A stretch of DNA of 64,000 nucleotides from Octopus sinensis (GCF_006345805.1 NC_043014.1:34658001-34722000); one strand, 5' to 3'. Shown: positions 1 to 13,545, counted from the first letter of the stretch. A program made the numbers and translations. The notes: generated from the letters alone by a model not told the origin.

Positions 1-70
1 CTGTGGTCAAGCTGGGGCACTGCCTTGAAGGGCGTTTTAGTCGAATGAATCAACTCCAGGACATATTCTT

Positions 71-484
71 ATTTCTTTATTGCCCACAAGGGGCTAAACA
101 TAGAGGGGATAAACAAGGACAGACAAAGGGATTAAGTCGATTACATCGACTCCAGTGCATAACTGGTACTTAATTTATCGACCCCGAAAGGATGAAAGGC
201 AAAGTCGGCCTCAGCAGAATTTGAACTCAGAACATAACGGCAGACGAAATATCTATTTCTTTACTACCCACAAGGGGCTAAACACAGAGAGGACAAACAA
301 GGACAGACAAAGGGATTAAGTCGATTACAACGACCCCAGTGCATAACTGGTACTTAATTTATCGACCCTGGAAGGATGAAAAGCAAAGTCAACCTCGGCG
401 GAATTTGAACTCAGAACGTACAGCAGACAAAATATCGCTAAGTATTTCGCCCTGCATGCTTAATGTTTCTGCCAGCTCGCCGCC
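71..484 (-). mobile_element. SINE family B (tRNA-like head, gtcgactttgcctttcatcctttcggggtcg core), dimeric
   Basis: One head at ~430-484 and two ~180-bp body units; TSD-like aggacat(a/t)ttctt at 58-70 and 503-515. Confidence 0.9.
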
Positions 485-827
485 TTAAAGAAAATGTCCT
501 AGAGGACATTTTCTTTAAGTCTGGTACTTATTTGATTGTTCTTTTTTGCTGAATTGTTAAGTTACAGAAACATAAACACACCAACACCAGTTGTCAAGCA
601 GTGGTGGGGAACAAAGACACACACGCACACACATGATGGGCTTCTTTTAGTTTCCATCTACATTTACAAGGCTATAGTAGAAGACACTTATCAAAGGTGC
701 CATGCAATGGGACTGAACCCAGAACCATGTTGTTGAGAAGCTTCATACCATACAGCCAGGTGCAAATTACAGGGTGGTGGGGGCTGCAATATCTGTTGAT
801 GTATATGTTGGTATGTGAAAACTTTAG

Positions 828-1290
828 GTGCAGGAGTGGCTGAGTGGTAAGTAGCTAGGCACAGGAGTGGCTGTGTGGTAAGTAGCTTGCTTACGAACCA
901 CATAGTTTCAGGTTCAGTCCCACTGCGTGGCACCTTGGGCAAGTGTCTTCTATAATAGCCTCGGGCTGACCAAAGCCTTGTGAGTGGATTTGGTAGACGG
1001 AAACTGAAAGAAGCCCGTCATATATATATAAATATATATGTATGTGTATGTGTGTGTATAATGCTTGTGTGTCTGTGTTTGTCCCCCCCCCCCACCATTG
1101 CTTGACAACCAATGCTGGTGAGTTTACGTCCCCATAACTTAGTGGTTCGGCAAAAGAAGCCGATAGAATAAGTACCAGGCTTACAAAGAATAAGTCCTGG
1201 GGTCAATTTGCTCGACTAAAGGTGGTGCTCCAGCTTGGCCACAGTCAAATGACTGAAACAAGTAAAAGAGAAAAGGGTAAAAAGAGAAAA
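828..1290 (+). mobile_element. SINE family A (ggcgcaggagtggctgtgtggtaag head, internal TA/TG microsatellite)
   Basis: A/B-box-like head (duplicated here), body and gaaacaagtaaaaga tail. An inverted partial copy lies at ~520-765. Confidence 0.88.
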
Positions 1291-1719
1291 GAGTAAAAAA
1301 AAGTATAAATGAGAAATAGTTGGCAATAACACAGCTCCAGACTGATATTATATAAAGAACCCTTATTTCTAAACTAGTGGTAATGATGTTATTTTAATTG
1401 ACAATATTTACATATTGTAAATATATACTTTGAGGCACAAAAGCAAATAACAAATAAAATAGCTCAAACTACACAATAGTAACTAACAACACAATCCGAC
1501 TTATTCAAATACACAGACAAACTCTAACACCCCACATTAATTCACATTAATTCACATGCTACAAACATAGACACTCCCACCCCTCTCTGAATTTGAAAAG
1601 TATTAACCCTCCATATCCACTCTAAATTATAAAACAGGCTTCAAATCTTTACTTAAAACAATTAGTAGCACCAAGAGTCCCAACAACAGTGACATTGGCA
1701 GTACATGTTACCATCACTA

Positions 1720-2705
1720 CAGGCGCAGGAGTGGCTGTGTGGTAAGTAGTTTGCTTACGAACCACATGGTTCTGGGTTCAGTTCCACTGTGTGACACCTT
1801 GGGCAAGTGTCTTCTGCTATAGCCTCGGGTCAACCAAAGCTTTGTGAATGGATTTGGTAGACAGAAACTGAAAGAAGTCCATCGTATATATGTATATATA
1901 TACGTATAGGCGCAGGAGTGGCTGTGTGGTAAGGAGCTTGCTTACGAACCACATGGTTCCGGGTTCAGTCCCACTGTGTGGCATCTTGGGCAAGTGTCTT
2001 CTACTATAGCCTCGGGCTAACCAAAGCCTTGTGAGTGGATTTGAAAGAAGCCCGTCATATATATGTATATATGTGTGTGTGTGTGTATTTGTGTGCCTGT
2101 ATTTGTCCCCCTAGCATTGCTTGACAACCGATGCTGGTGTGTTTATGTCCCCGTCACTTAGCAGTTCGGCAAAAGAGACTGATAAAATAAGTACTAGGTT
2201 TATAAAGAATAAGTCCTGGGGTCAATTTGCTCAACTAAAGGTGATGCTCCAGCATCGATCACTATGATAAAAAAACACTCTTAGCATTCACATTGTCCTA
2301 TCAAAAGTAATGCTTATTTATTCACATGTTTTGAATTAACCTGGCATTATTGTGTGAGTTTGAGATTTTGATGAGGTAACTCTTAATTTTGAGAATAACA
2401 TTGTTGGGTTAATGTGAGAGGCCAAATCTGGCCAGTTTTTAACATAAAACAGGTAGAATATTTGGTATATATAGATATGTATCTATATATATGTGTGTGT
2501 GTATGTTTGTGTGTCTGTGTTTGTCCCCCTAGCATTGCTTGACAACCGATGCTAGTGTGTTTACGTCGCTGTCACTTAGTGGTTTGGCAAAAGAGACCGA
2601 TAGAATAAGTACTAAGCTTACAAAGAATAAGTCCCGGGGTTGATTTGCTCGACTAAAGGTGGTGCTCCAGCATGGCCACAGTCAAATGACTGAAACAAGT
2701 AAATT
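1720..2705 (+). mobile_element. Cluster of SINE family A copies (1720-1900, 1906-2262, 2470-2705)
   Basis: Repeated head and body consensus. Confidence 0.85.
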
Positions 2706-4067
2706 TAACTATTGTTCTTTGATGCAGATAATGTCTAAGAGTATTTTTTTCTTTTAATATTTCTGTTTCTACACCAACAAATGTCCATATTAGAACTGAG
2801 AAATTCTAATATGATCAAAACATGTCCAAAGCTGTCTCCCATTCTTCATAAAATACTTAAAATAATATTAGTCAATCACTAGTATTGTTTTGCAGTAATT
2901 ATTCCTGGTTAATACATTTAATGCTTTGTCTAACCAGAAGACAGTAGACATAGGCGAACAGGTTGAGATCAGGGCACAACAAAACAGTGGTCAACCTGCA
3001 TCAAGTATGTCAGGCATCCCTCACAAGACAGAAAGTGCTTTCTGTTGCACTGTATAACCACTGCAATCCAAGGTTATACAGAGCAATCCGTGAAGCTCAT
3101 CAAACATACATCAGTTGGATTTTGAATGTAAATTTGGAGATATGAAAGATACCTAAAAAGAAAAAAAAACAACTGCATTAAATATGCCAGCTGTTATTTT
3201 GTCATTTAGCTTTGTCATTTAATTCTCCTTCGGCTGCTCTGCATTGATAAGGGGCAAATACCCTGAAACTAGTCTGCAGATGCCTGACCAGCAAGGGGAA
3301 ACAGCTGACCTCCCCTGTTCGAAGGTTGTAATGGACACAGGTTCGTGTGTCACATAGCTAGCTAGAGGCGATGGCCTCTTGGAGCTAATCAACAGCAGCA
3401 TTCGTCCTATATTTCTGAACTTCCATATTAGCTTGGCGATAACTATTACTATATTTTATTGATACTTTCCAATTTAATCTTCCCATTATAAGCATAAAAC
3501 CTTCATTAGATGACCAACTCAAACAATGAATTATATCCTTGAACTAATTCTATTATCTCTGATTCCTAATTATTTTATCTAAGTTATAGATCCTTTATGT
3601 ACTCTTTCTTCTCTTAAAGTATCCTTGACACATTTCTTTTTATTTGTTTTCCTGTTAAAGTACCTTTCAAATGTATATTAAAACTGTATGGCAATTTGTT
3701 ACAGGGTGTCCCAGTTGTTTGTCATATCTGGCATATGTTTACCGTACCTGAAGTAACTCTTATCTTCAACATAATTACATAGAAAAACAATTGATAAGAC
3801 TGACTTTAAGACTAAATGCATATTTGTTCTGGGTGGTGGGTATAACTAGTACTGGGTCAGTACTAGTATCTGGCTCTTTAATGCCTTTGGTGGGTATTGT
3901 TCTGTTTGGACCCTTTCCCATTCTCTCCATGACTCTGTTTCTTTTCACAGTAAATGTTTGGGCTGGATATCAGCTGCCTCAAATGTACTAGTCAAGAAGT
4001 TAGAGCATGCATAGATCATGAACATTGAAATTCTTCCACCAATAGCTTATAAAGCAAAAGCATAAAA

Positions 4068-4180
4068 GTAGTAGTAGTAGTAGTAGTAGTAGTAGAGGTG
4101 GTGGTGGTGGTGGTGGCGGCGGTGGTGGCGGTGGTGGTGGCAGCAGTGGCAGTGGCAGTGGTGGTAGCAGTGGTGGTAGG
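4068..4180. repeat. (AGT)n/(GGT)n/(GGCAGT)n microsatellite
   Basis: Direct inspection. Confidence 0.95.
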
Positions 4181-4904
4181 GATTGTGAAGAGAAGGGAGT
4201 GTTCATTTGAAAGTTACAATTGCTAATCCAATAATTATTAGTTCCCAGTACACATTTTCATTGAAGGTGGGTCTTATTTGTTCTTACACCCTATGTGTGC
4301 ATGTGTATACCATCCTCACATTCTGGGTAAATACATCCGTTATGAAATTACTCAGATCATTCCCCTCAGATGTTCTTCACAGCTTTTAGTTCTAGCTGAT
4401 AATAGAGGTAGCAGTGATCAGCTGGTTTACAAGTGAATGAGCCACCAGATGTTGAAAGTTGAACAATTTTTAAGAGTTCTGAATTCAGTTCTCATTGTCA
4501 GTGTTTTGTTGTTTTGTGTCTCCCTGAGAATTTAATTTGTCTAACTTCACATCTATCAGTGTTCCTAGCCATACTACTGATGGCATGTCATACAAGTAGA
4601 GATGATTTATTTCACATGCACTTAACATCATAGAAATAAATGATTGAAAGTTATAGTTTGGACCAAAATAAACACACAAATAAAAATACAGTAATAATAC
4701 ATGGAAAACGAAAAGAGATCAAAAGAAAAGAAATGAAGTGGAAAGAAAGTGAGAAAGTAAAGAGAAAATGAGAAGAAAACAAAAAGGGGATAGTCATGAC
4801 TAGAATACTGTTGATCATAAATCTATTCAATGGGAGTCGACTTTGAATTAAACAAAAAACAATGCAAACATCAATATCTGATCTATCTTGAATGGTCTTC
4901 AAAT

Positions 4905-5305
4905 GCACATGAGTACCTGTGTGGTAAGTAGCTTGCTTACCAACCACATGGTTCCAAGTTCACTTCCATTGCGTGGCACCTTGGGCAAGTGTCTTCTACT
5001 ATAGCCTCAGGCTGACCAAAGGCTTGTGAGTGAATTTGGTAGACGGAAACTGAAAGAAGCCCGTCGTATATATGTATATATATATATAAGTATGTGTGTG
5101 TATATGTTTGTCCCCCACTCCCAACATCGCTTGACAACCGATGCTGGTGTGTTTACGTCCCCGTAACTTAGCGGTTCAGTAAAAGAGACTGATAGAATTA
5201 GTACTAGCCTTACAAAGAATAAGTCCTGGGTTCGATTTGGTCGACTAAATGCGGTGATCCAGCATGGCCACAGTCAAATGACTGAAACAAGTAAAAGAGT
5301 AAAAA
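4905..5305 (+). mobile_element. SINE family A
   Basis: Consensus match. Confidence 0.85.
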
Positions 5306-5711
5306 TCATGGGGACAGATTTTTTTCTTCCTGACAAAATTCATAAAATATGGAATCAATAAAGGATAGGCTTTTACATAGTTTCAAGGTATCCAATTTTA
5401 TGCACAAGTGGTTGACACAATGACCCAAAACTTTAATAAAAGTACTTTACCAATGTCCTGCATTGTATGACATAAATCAGAACCTTGTGACTGCAAAACA
5501 ACCTCATACACTTATTGAGTGTGTGTATGGTGTGAAATCACCTGAGGAAATGAATCAATGATGATGATCAACTGGATGCCCACAGATGCTGTGTACTACA
5601 CTGTAATCATCCCAGGAATATGGGCTGTGATCTTAAGAGACATGTGATTTGTGGTAATGCATGTAGTGATGCATTAAATGTTTATAAATTCCATCCTAGG
5701 ATTATAGTTAT

Positions 5712-5950
5712 TATTATTAATATTATTATTCTCTTTACTCTTTTACTTGTTTCAGTCATTTGACTGCGGCCATGCTGGAGCACCACCTTTAATCGAGCAA
5801 CTCGACCTTGGGACTTATTCTTTGTAAGCCTAGTACTTATTCTATCGGTCTCTTTTGCTGAACTGCTAAGTGACGGGGACGTAAACACACCAGCATCAGT
5901 TGTCAAGCAATGCTAGGGGGACAAACACAGACACTAAAACACACACGCAC

Positions 5951-5983
<33 letters not shown>

Positions 5984-6150
5984 TACGATGGGCTTCTTTC
6001 AGTTTCTGTCTACCAAATCCACTCACAAGGCTTTGGTCGGCCCGAGGCTATAGTAGAAGACACTTGCCCAAGGTGCCACACAGTAGGACTGAATCCAGAA
6101 CCATGTGGTTGGTAAGCAAGCTACTTACCACACAGCCACTCCTGCGCCTA
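5712..6150 (-). mobile_element. SINE family A
   Basis: Reverse-complement consensus ending ctcctgcgccta. Confidence 0.88.
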
Positions 6151-6163
6151 TTATTATTTTTAT

Positions 6164-6194
<31 letters not shown>

Positions 6195-6414
6195 GCTAAG
6201 GTTGAGATTATTGTTTTTGTAAGGCTCTTTGTCCATTTTAATAGTTGTGTGTGTTATGTTTTTGATTTCAAGTGTAATGCTTGTACTGAAGGGTTCATGA
6301 TTGTTTATATTCATTTTTTGGGTGGCCTGCTCATGATTTGTGTTGTACATTGGGTAGGGTATTTGTTTTTTTCGTTAATGATGGTTATTAGATATTTTTA
6401 TGGTTAGGTTATAT

Positions 6415-6650
6415 TGTGGATGCATGTGGCTTAATGGTTAGGGTGTTGGACTCATAATTGGAAGATTGTGACTTTGATTCCTGGACCGGGCAACGCGTTG
6501 TGTTCTTGAGCAAAGCACTTCGTTTCACATTGCTCCAGTCCACTCAGCTGGCAAAATTGAGTAGTCCTGTGATAGACCAGCGTCCTGTCCAAGCTGGGAA
6601 TTTATATGCCATGGAAACTGGGAAACTGTCTTTATGGGTCTGTATGACCC
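6415..6650 (+). mobile_element. SINE family C (tRNA head, gttgtgttcttgagcaa..cactcagctggcaaaa core)
   Basis: A box tggcttaatggtt, B box tttgattcc, and core. Confidence 0.75.
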
Positions 6651-6759
6651 AGGAATATTATTCTATTTGTTATATCAAGCTCAATTCTTGCTGGGGCATT
6701 GACTATCTAGAATTATCTCTAAAAAGGTCTGACCATACTTGCGTAGACATCTTGAGCTT

Positions 6760-8520
6760 GTTTTTGACTTGAATTAATTAATGTGTGTTTTAATGTTAAT
6801 ATTTGATAAAGTTCTGTGGAATGCAAAGAATTTGATATGATAAGCCACATCTATTTCCCTCTACTTGATAAGGCTTAGCAGTACTAATTAGCTCCCAATC
6901 GATAGAATAGCTATTGCTTCTTTCTTTAATTGACCAAATTAGTTTAGTTCAGCTGGTATTATTTATTATTTTCCTATCTCTAAAGAAATTTAAATGATTG
7001 GTCAGTTTCTTTTTTTCAAAAAGAAAGCCTGCCCCTATATAAAAGTATCCCTTCCTGCCAAGGTAACTTTGTATCTATAAACCAGGTTCTTAGTTTTGCA
7101 TTTTGAGTTCAATGGGCATACTTTATCACTAGTACAATTGCATAAACCTGTTTGTCTATTTCTATTATTTATTGCCTTTACTAGAAGTATCTCCTATTTT
7201 CCCTCCTCTGGTCTATTATTAATTCTGAATTCCCAATGAATATTAGTTTTCTATGCCTGTGAAAGAATTTTTTAGGGTTGTTTCCCTTTGACAGTTGGTT
7301 TTACTCCAGTGCATGCTACTATAGTTTCATCGACTATGTCCCTTCTGTTGTTAGTTATTTCTTCCCTTTTATTCAGATTTAGATTACTAGGATCCCCTGG
7401 GAAGTTGTATATTTTATTAGCATTATGTGCCACTGTTATTTGTGCCAGGTTGCAACTATTGGAAAAGGTGAAGCATACATTGTGCTTATTAAATATTTTG
7501 TGGTACTTGCTATTTTTAAGAAAGTGTTTTTTATTGCTGTATAGAACAGTCTAGGAAAGTTGGAAATTATCTGTTTCATGAATAGAACAATATGCCACAA
7601 TGTGGTCCTAGAATTATTATTGGTATTGGTACCTATAGGTATTTACTGTTTTTAGTGTGATTTAAGTTTCTGCAGTGTCTGCTCTGGTGAGCAGATCACT
7701 TACTATTGTATCTCTTATTTGCATTCTGAGTGTGTGAGTGTATGTGTCTATGGTGGTCTACCTCATTTCTAATGTACAGCATACTATGTCTTCTGTTGTT
7801 GTTTCAGCTATTTACTTTCATATGGAGTTCATACTCACTCAAATCCTTGCTATTACCTCCAGAGCATGTCACTCTTTGATTGTACCCTATGTTCTCATTC
7901 TTTGCTTTTATTTGTTTCTTTATCTTCATATAGGGATTTAGTAGGTTTTTATGGTTATTTTGTGTGTTATAATTAGGGTCTGGGTAGGTTGCCTTATTAT
8001 ATCCAGCTACCTTGTTTTGGTTTCCCTTATTGAATTCTAATTTTTCTTAATATCCTGTCTTCTCTAGTGCTAAGTTGTAGTAACCCTTGTTTAACCTAAA
8101 TACTTCTTTGTTGGCTGATAGATTTGATATGCAGGTTGAAATGTTTGTGACTATGGATTGGGTTCTGCACCTGGGATGATTACTATTTTTGTGAATGTAT
8201 TTAAGGTTTTTACTAGGCTTATGGTTTGGTTTATATATTCCAATACTTAGGTCTAGTGCTGTGTCTAAAAAGTTGACTATGTTGTACTTCACCTCTATTG
8301 AGATGGAAAGCCCAATGTTTTTAGAGGACTTGAATAACTTTTTCCTATAATTTTCTATCTCTATGCTGGAAGGATTGGGCAGGGTCAGTAGTGCATCTTC
8401 CCTGTATAGACATCTACCTATCTTTGGAAATAATTCGTTTGAGTGGAATAAGATATAAATTCCTACTACATCAGTTACCTGAGTAGAGTCAGTCAAACCC
8501 ATAGTTACGTCAAATACATC
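6760..8520 (-). mobile_element. Penelope-like element, degenerate RT C-terminus plus GIY-YIG region
   Basis: ORF 8047-8502 has VGIYIL..LYREDAL (YRDDGL-like), VNFLDTALDL, YIHKNSNHP. Further on: KHFLKNSKYHKIFNKHNV (~7480-7530) and CNCTSDKVCPLNSKCKTKNLVY (~7080-7150), typical of the PLE GIY-YIG start. Confidence 0.8.
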
Positions 8521-8561
8521 TGGCCTATCATTTCTTATCCAGTATTTTCTCTCAAATAAGG

Positions 8562-8772
8562 TGGCGAGTTGGCAGAAATGTTAGCACACTAGGAGAAATG
8601 CTTAGCAGTATTTTGTCTGTCTTTACATTCTGAGTTCAAATTCTGCCAAGGTCAACTTTGCCTTTCATCCTTTTGGGGTCAATAAATTAGGTACCAGTTG
8701 CATACTGGGGTCGATCGAATCAACTGGCCCCCTACCCATAAATTTCGGATCTTGTGCTTAGAGTAGAAAAAA
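8562..8772 (+). mobile_element. SINE family B monomer, alternative tail
   Basis: Head ggtggcgagttggcagaa, core gtcaactttgcctttcatcc, tail cttgtgcttagagtagaaaa. Confidence 0.85.
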
Positions 8773-9238
8773 AAGTAATTTTCCTCAAATTTAATAATTG
8801 ATTTTTCTAGCAGCTAATAACTACATCAACTTCCTCCCAAGTTAGCTCAGAGATTTTCATTGCAAATATAAGTGCTTCTTTAAGTGAAGATGAGATCAAC
8901 AGCACATACCTATAATTAACAACACCGCCACCTCCCACATAACACTAACAAAAAGTTACTTCGATCAGAACACTTTGAGGATACCCAACAACACCTCCAC
9001 CTCCTTACTCTTTATTCTTATATATGTTAACATATACGCCAGACAATTTTTACCACCAAGTGAAGAGGACATAGAATTACCTATTGGAAGAATTGACAGA
9101 GTAACTAACAACTAAATGTAGACACAGATGTTAGATACTCATCGTTAACAGGAACTTAAATGAAAGCTGATATGGTATCCGTCCAGATAATATATCCCTC
9201 CAAACTCACTTTTATACACACACATGTAAATACATATA

Positions 9239-9272
<34 letters not shown>

Positions 9273-9329
9273 CATATACATACACACACATATATATACA
9301 TACATACATTCATATACATTCAAAGACAA

Positions 9330-9660
9330 ATTAATATATAATCCCTCTAATAGTCAAAATATTAATAATAGAGCTAGTGGCATTAAAGATAAAGTAGTAC
9401 CTAACTATTCCAATATTAATTAGGATAATAAGAAACCTAAAAACAGCTTAAGGAAAATTATTTGGTTCACCCCCCTCCCTTTCCCTTGATATAAAAACTA
9501 ACATTGGTAAAAGATTCCTGTCACTCCTAGACAAACATTTTCCAGCCACTCACAGATACAGGAAAATATTTGATAGGCGTTCTGAGAAATTATCATATAG
9601 CTGCTACCCCAATATGAAGAGTATCATTACCAAGAACCTGAATCCAGCTGCAACTTTCAT
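9330..9660 (+). mobile_element. Second Penelope-like fragment
   Basis: Frameshifted peptide KIIWFTP..IKTNIGKRFLSLLDKHF..HRYRKIFDRRSEKLSYSCYPNMKSII, matching the PLE IIWFNPP..KHFP..SYSCMPN motif. Confidence 0.75.
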
Positions 9661-9749
9661 GACCCAGGATCCTGTCCATTTGACCAATAATGTACGACTA
9701 AATCTAACATATATGAGTATATGAGGTGGAAGTTGCTGCAACCCTAAAT

Positions 9750-10070
9750 GAGTTTAGCCTCTCCAAGCTAAACTCATTTCTACAGCTGTGTGGACTGGAA
9801 CACCATGAAACAAAGTGTTTTGCTGATGAACACAACGGATCACCCAGCTCAGGTATCAAAATCACAATCTTATGGTTGTGAATCCAACACCCCAACCACT
9901 AAGCAACACGCTTCCACTAGTAGTACTAATTTCTACAGCTGAGTGGACTAGAGAAACATGAAATGAGGTGTTTTGCTCAAGAACACAATGCATCACCTGG
10001 TCCAGGAATCGAAACTACAATCTTGTGATCGCGAGTCCAACACACTAACCACTAAGCCATGCACCTCCAA
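9750..10070 (-). mobile_element. Two partial SINE family C copies
   Basis: ctacagctg(t/a)gtggact..tgctcaagaacacaa core, twice. Confidence 0.7.
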
Positions 10071-10209
10071 GCCATTTAGAAGGTTAAAAACTTTCACAAA
10101 AACGGAAGCCTCTGAAACAGATGTGTCATCCATGGCACTATTAGCAGTCACATTTCCAGGACAGCCAAGCTCTCAACAGTTTGATGAGGGCTATCACCGA
10201 GCAGTTTAA

Positions 10210-10693
10210 CCTTTTAGCATTTAAATCAGCCATATCTGGCCAAAATATTCCACTTGCTTTATGTTCAAACTGGCCAGATCTGGCATCTCACACCTACCCT
10301 AGGATGTCATTTTGAGCATAAACAATCATGTCATTGAAATCTCAAGGTTACAAGTGGTAGCCTTTGCGGTTTCATATTTTGGAACAAGGCCTGAAATTGT
10401 TGGAGAAGAGAGAAGCCAGGAGATAGATAGATAGACAGAAAGGCTGGCAGATAGATAGATAGGACTGGCAGGTAGGCAGATAGATAGGACTGATAGAGAG
10501 GCAGGTAGGCAGATAGATAGATCATACAGACATGTAGATAGATAAATAGAACTGATAGGCAGGCAGGCAGATAGATAGATAGACAGGCAGGCAGATAGAT
10601 AGGACTGATAGACAGTTTTGAATACAAGATAAATTCAAAACAATGTGAATAAATAAGCATTATATTTGACAGAGTAATTTGAAAGCTAAAGGG
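10210..10693. mobile_element. piggyBac-type non-autonomous element (MITE), interrupted by a SINE tail and GATA microsatellite
   Basis: TTAA at 10206-10209 and 10694-10697; termini ccttttagc / gctaaaggg; related partial copies at ~2280-2470, ~21840-21990 and ~50582-50640. Confidence 0.6.
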
Positions 10694-11254
10694 TTAAGGT
10701 GGCAAAGTCCACCGTGAGAAAGTGTGGTGCATAAGAATGTCCAACATTATGAGGAGAGTGTATCTTTGTCTGACAAGGTTTGGAAGAAATGTGAGAACAT
10801 ATGACTCCCATCAAGTGGCCTTTTAGCTCTTCTGATTTGAATTACAGCATCTGAAACTTCATCATTGGGCAGGGTGCCGGCTGCCAGCTATTTGATGTGA
10901 GCAACTTGTTGGGGGGTCCCCATCAGAGGTGTGGTTGGTGTTATGCGTAACAGTCACATGAGCCTGGTATGCAGTCGCTTTCATGCCCACATTGGAACCA
11001 TCAATGGAATTGAGAATGATTATGTTGAAAGGCGTGTTCCTTTCATGTATTTATTTGACTGTGTATGCTATTCTACTGGGACAATTTTTTTTTCTGTTTG
11101 ATGTTTTTTTCTTCAAGGTTGCCCGGTGCACTATTCATATACATGTATGCATGCATGCACAGACACATACATACCATGTGGATAAGCAAAACATGAGTTT
11201 GATTTTTATGAAATACAACCTCTGTCCTTGAATGCATATGTCTGCCATTAAGTT

Positions 11255-11402
11255 TTGAGTTCGAATTCTGCCGAGGTCAACTTTGCCTTTCATCCTTTCG
11301 GGGTCAATAAAAATTAGTACCAGTTATCTACTGGGGTCGATGTAATTGACTTAATCCCTTCTCCCAAAATCTGAGGCCTTGTGCTTCCAGTAGAAAGGAT
11401 TT
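11255..11402 (+). mobile_element. SINE family B, 5'-truncated, alternative tail
   Basis: B box gagttcgaattc, core and ccttgtgcttccagtagaaa tail. Confidence 0.8.
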
Positions 11403-11870
11403 ATTAAAGTTGAAAAAGTGTAACACTGGCATTTACATTTATTATATTAGATATGTTTATTTTGGGAGAAACTTTATTTCAATTAAAGTGTATTTTATAT
11501 GTGTGTGTGTGTGTGTGTGTGTGCGTGTGTGTATTAAAGAAAGCAAAAAATAAAACAAAAATGATAGTGTTCAGTATGTTGGTGACAGGAATTTCTGTCA
11601 AAGTGACATGGTTAAACAAAATTATACATTCTCTCTTTTATTATTACTCCCACTGCCACCATCAACTTTACTACTTTTAATAAAACATCATCAACTCTCC
11701 CTAAATTTCTTTGTCCCTATTTCACTCTCTCTCTCTTTGTCACCACCCTCATGATCTCTATGCCTACTATTACTTTCACTCCATCATGAGTAATAGTAGG
11801 AGTGTCACTGAATAGTGAGAGAGGGGGTCTAAATGTAACACACTGACACAAAAAAATTAGTTTATGCATT

Positions 11871-11910
<40 letters not shown>

Positions 11911-12109
11911 GGTGATGGGGCACAACAAAGAGGTTTTACTGCATTTTTTATTTCAAGACAAAATATATTTTTTTTTAAATGTTCATTACCTTATAAAAAC
12001 TATATCAACTAAACAAATGACCTTCTCTAAATTTATTAAAAACATAACATGATCTAATCATTATTTCAGAAAATTACCATCGTTGTCTTTGAGCATATAA
12101 AAAGCAAAT

Positions 12110-13545
12110 TTGGTTGGGGCAAAATGAGTAAGCTAAGATCAAGGTAAATTTGCTGCTTCAGTTCTCCAGAAAATAGACTCAAACATATCAATATGTAGGA
12201 CCTCATTTGGCCCTTTCTGCTTGAGATCCAAAATGAATCTAGAAATTCTCCCTGTCCATATGGCCTATTGTCCTATCAAAGGGAATGATAATCAATGTTT
12301 TTCACTTGACTCATGGCTTTTCTGTGCCATGGAAAGTTCAGATAGATAACAAATGACCTACATTAATTTAGCCATGGTTATGATGGTATATCCATTTTCT
12401 TAGCTAGTCTGCACAATTATAAATACCAGCATTTGTTAAGGAAAAGGCAGTGGGTGAGAGCGACCGACAGAGAGGAGGCCAACCGGGTCAAAATACTGTC
12501 TCAATAGAACATCATAGAAGGACAACTATGGAATCCACCAGTGATACAGTCGTCTTGACCACTTCTCTCTTACTTTCTCACTCACTTTCATTTCAACAGC
12601 ATGTCACAGTCCAAGTCAATTCTTATTGAGAGTTATTACCCTAGCTAGACTTATCAAAGAACTATGTTTTGCTTGTACATATTGGCATGATTTTTGCAGA
12701 TGGATTCCTTCATATTACCAGCCAGTGCACAGAGTTTTACTGGAAGCATTTTATTGTAGAATCAACAAGAATGGTTATGATGTTCTTGGCAAAACTAAAG
12801 AGTACTCTCACTTTTACACTGTCTACGCTCACTGACCATGCTTACAGAGTGCAGTGGGTGCATTTTATTGCGGCAACAGCACAAGAGAGAATCTACAACT
12901 CCAGCGACTGTCTTTCTTTCTTGGAGTCAACATCTTCCTCTTCACTTCCAACATAACACTACCTTTACAAATATCTATTCCAGATATCAGAAGGATCAGA
13001 AACACACACAAAAAAAATAATATCTACATCAAATGAAAGAGGATCAGAGGAAAATAGCACACAATATGAAATTAATGAAACTCTACTAAATAAACAAAAC
13101 AAATCAACATAAAATATTATTTATAGATTCTCCCTGATCTGCTGGAGCATTTCTCACGACATATTTACACACCATACAGTTAAAGAGAAGAAATTATTGA
13201 AATTAGATATTACTCATTTTGCCCCATTTTAGACAGTTTTTGAAACTTGAAAATTATCAAATCAGACATGACTTGGAATCCAACAGAGGAAAGAATATCG
13301 ATTGTTAAACACCAAAAATTATTCAGATATTCTATCAGCAACCTCAATTGGGTCAAAGTTGAAGAAATTTCTAAAAAAAGAAGTGCCTGCCACATGATCA
13401 ATGTCTACTAAAGATGATGCAAAAGTACAAATTGATGATGCAATAATTGCAATGTAATGATTTCAAACAGGTAGGGTGAAAAATAACAAGAAATCACAGA
13501 TTACTCATTTTACCTCAGTTACTAATTTTGCCTCCTCTTCTCCCC
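12110..13545. mobile_element. Degenerate DNA-transposon remnant, possibly pogo/Fot1-like
   Basis: GGGGCAAAATGAGTAA (~12117) inverted against TTACTCATTTTGCCCC (~13210), with further copies at ~13500-13535; no intact transposase. Confidence 0.35.

Noticed and set aside
828-900. tRNA-like sequences at SINE heads throughout the window
   Set aside because: They have A/B boxes but continue into SINE bodies and lack full cloverleaves, so no true tRNA gene is called.
3240-4650. Faint Gypsy pol-like words (VMDTGS, VGIVLFGPFP)
   Set aside because: There are many stops, the spacing is too short for protease to integrase, and there are no LTRs, so it cannot be supported.
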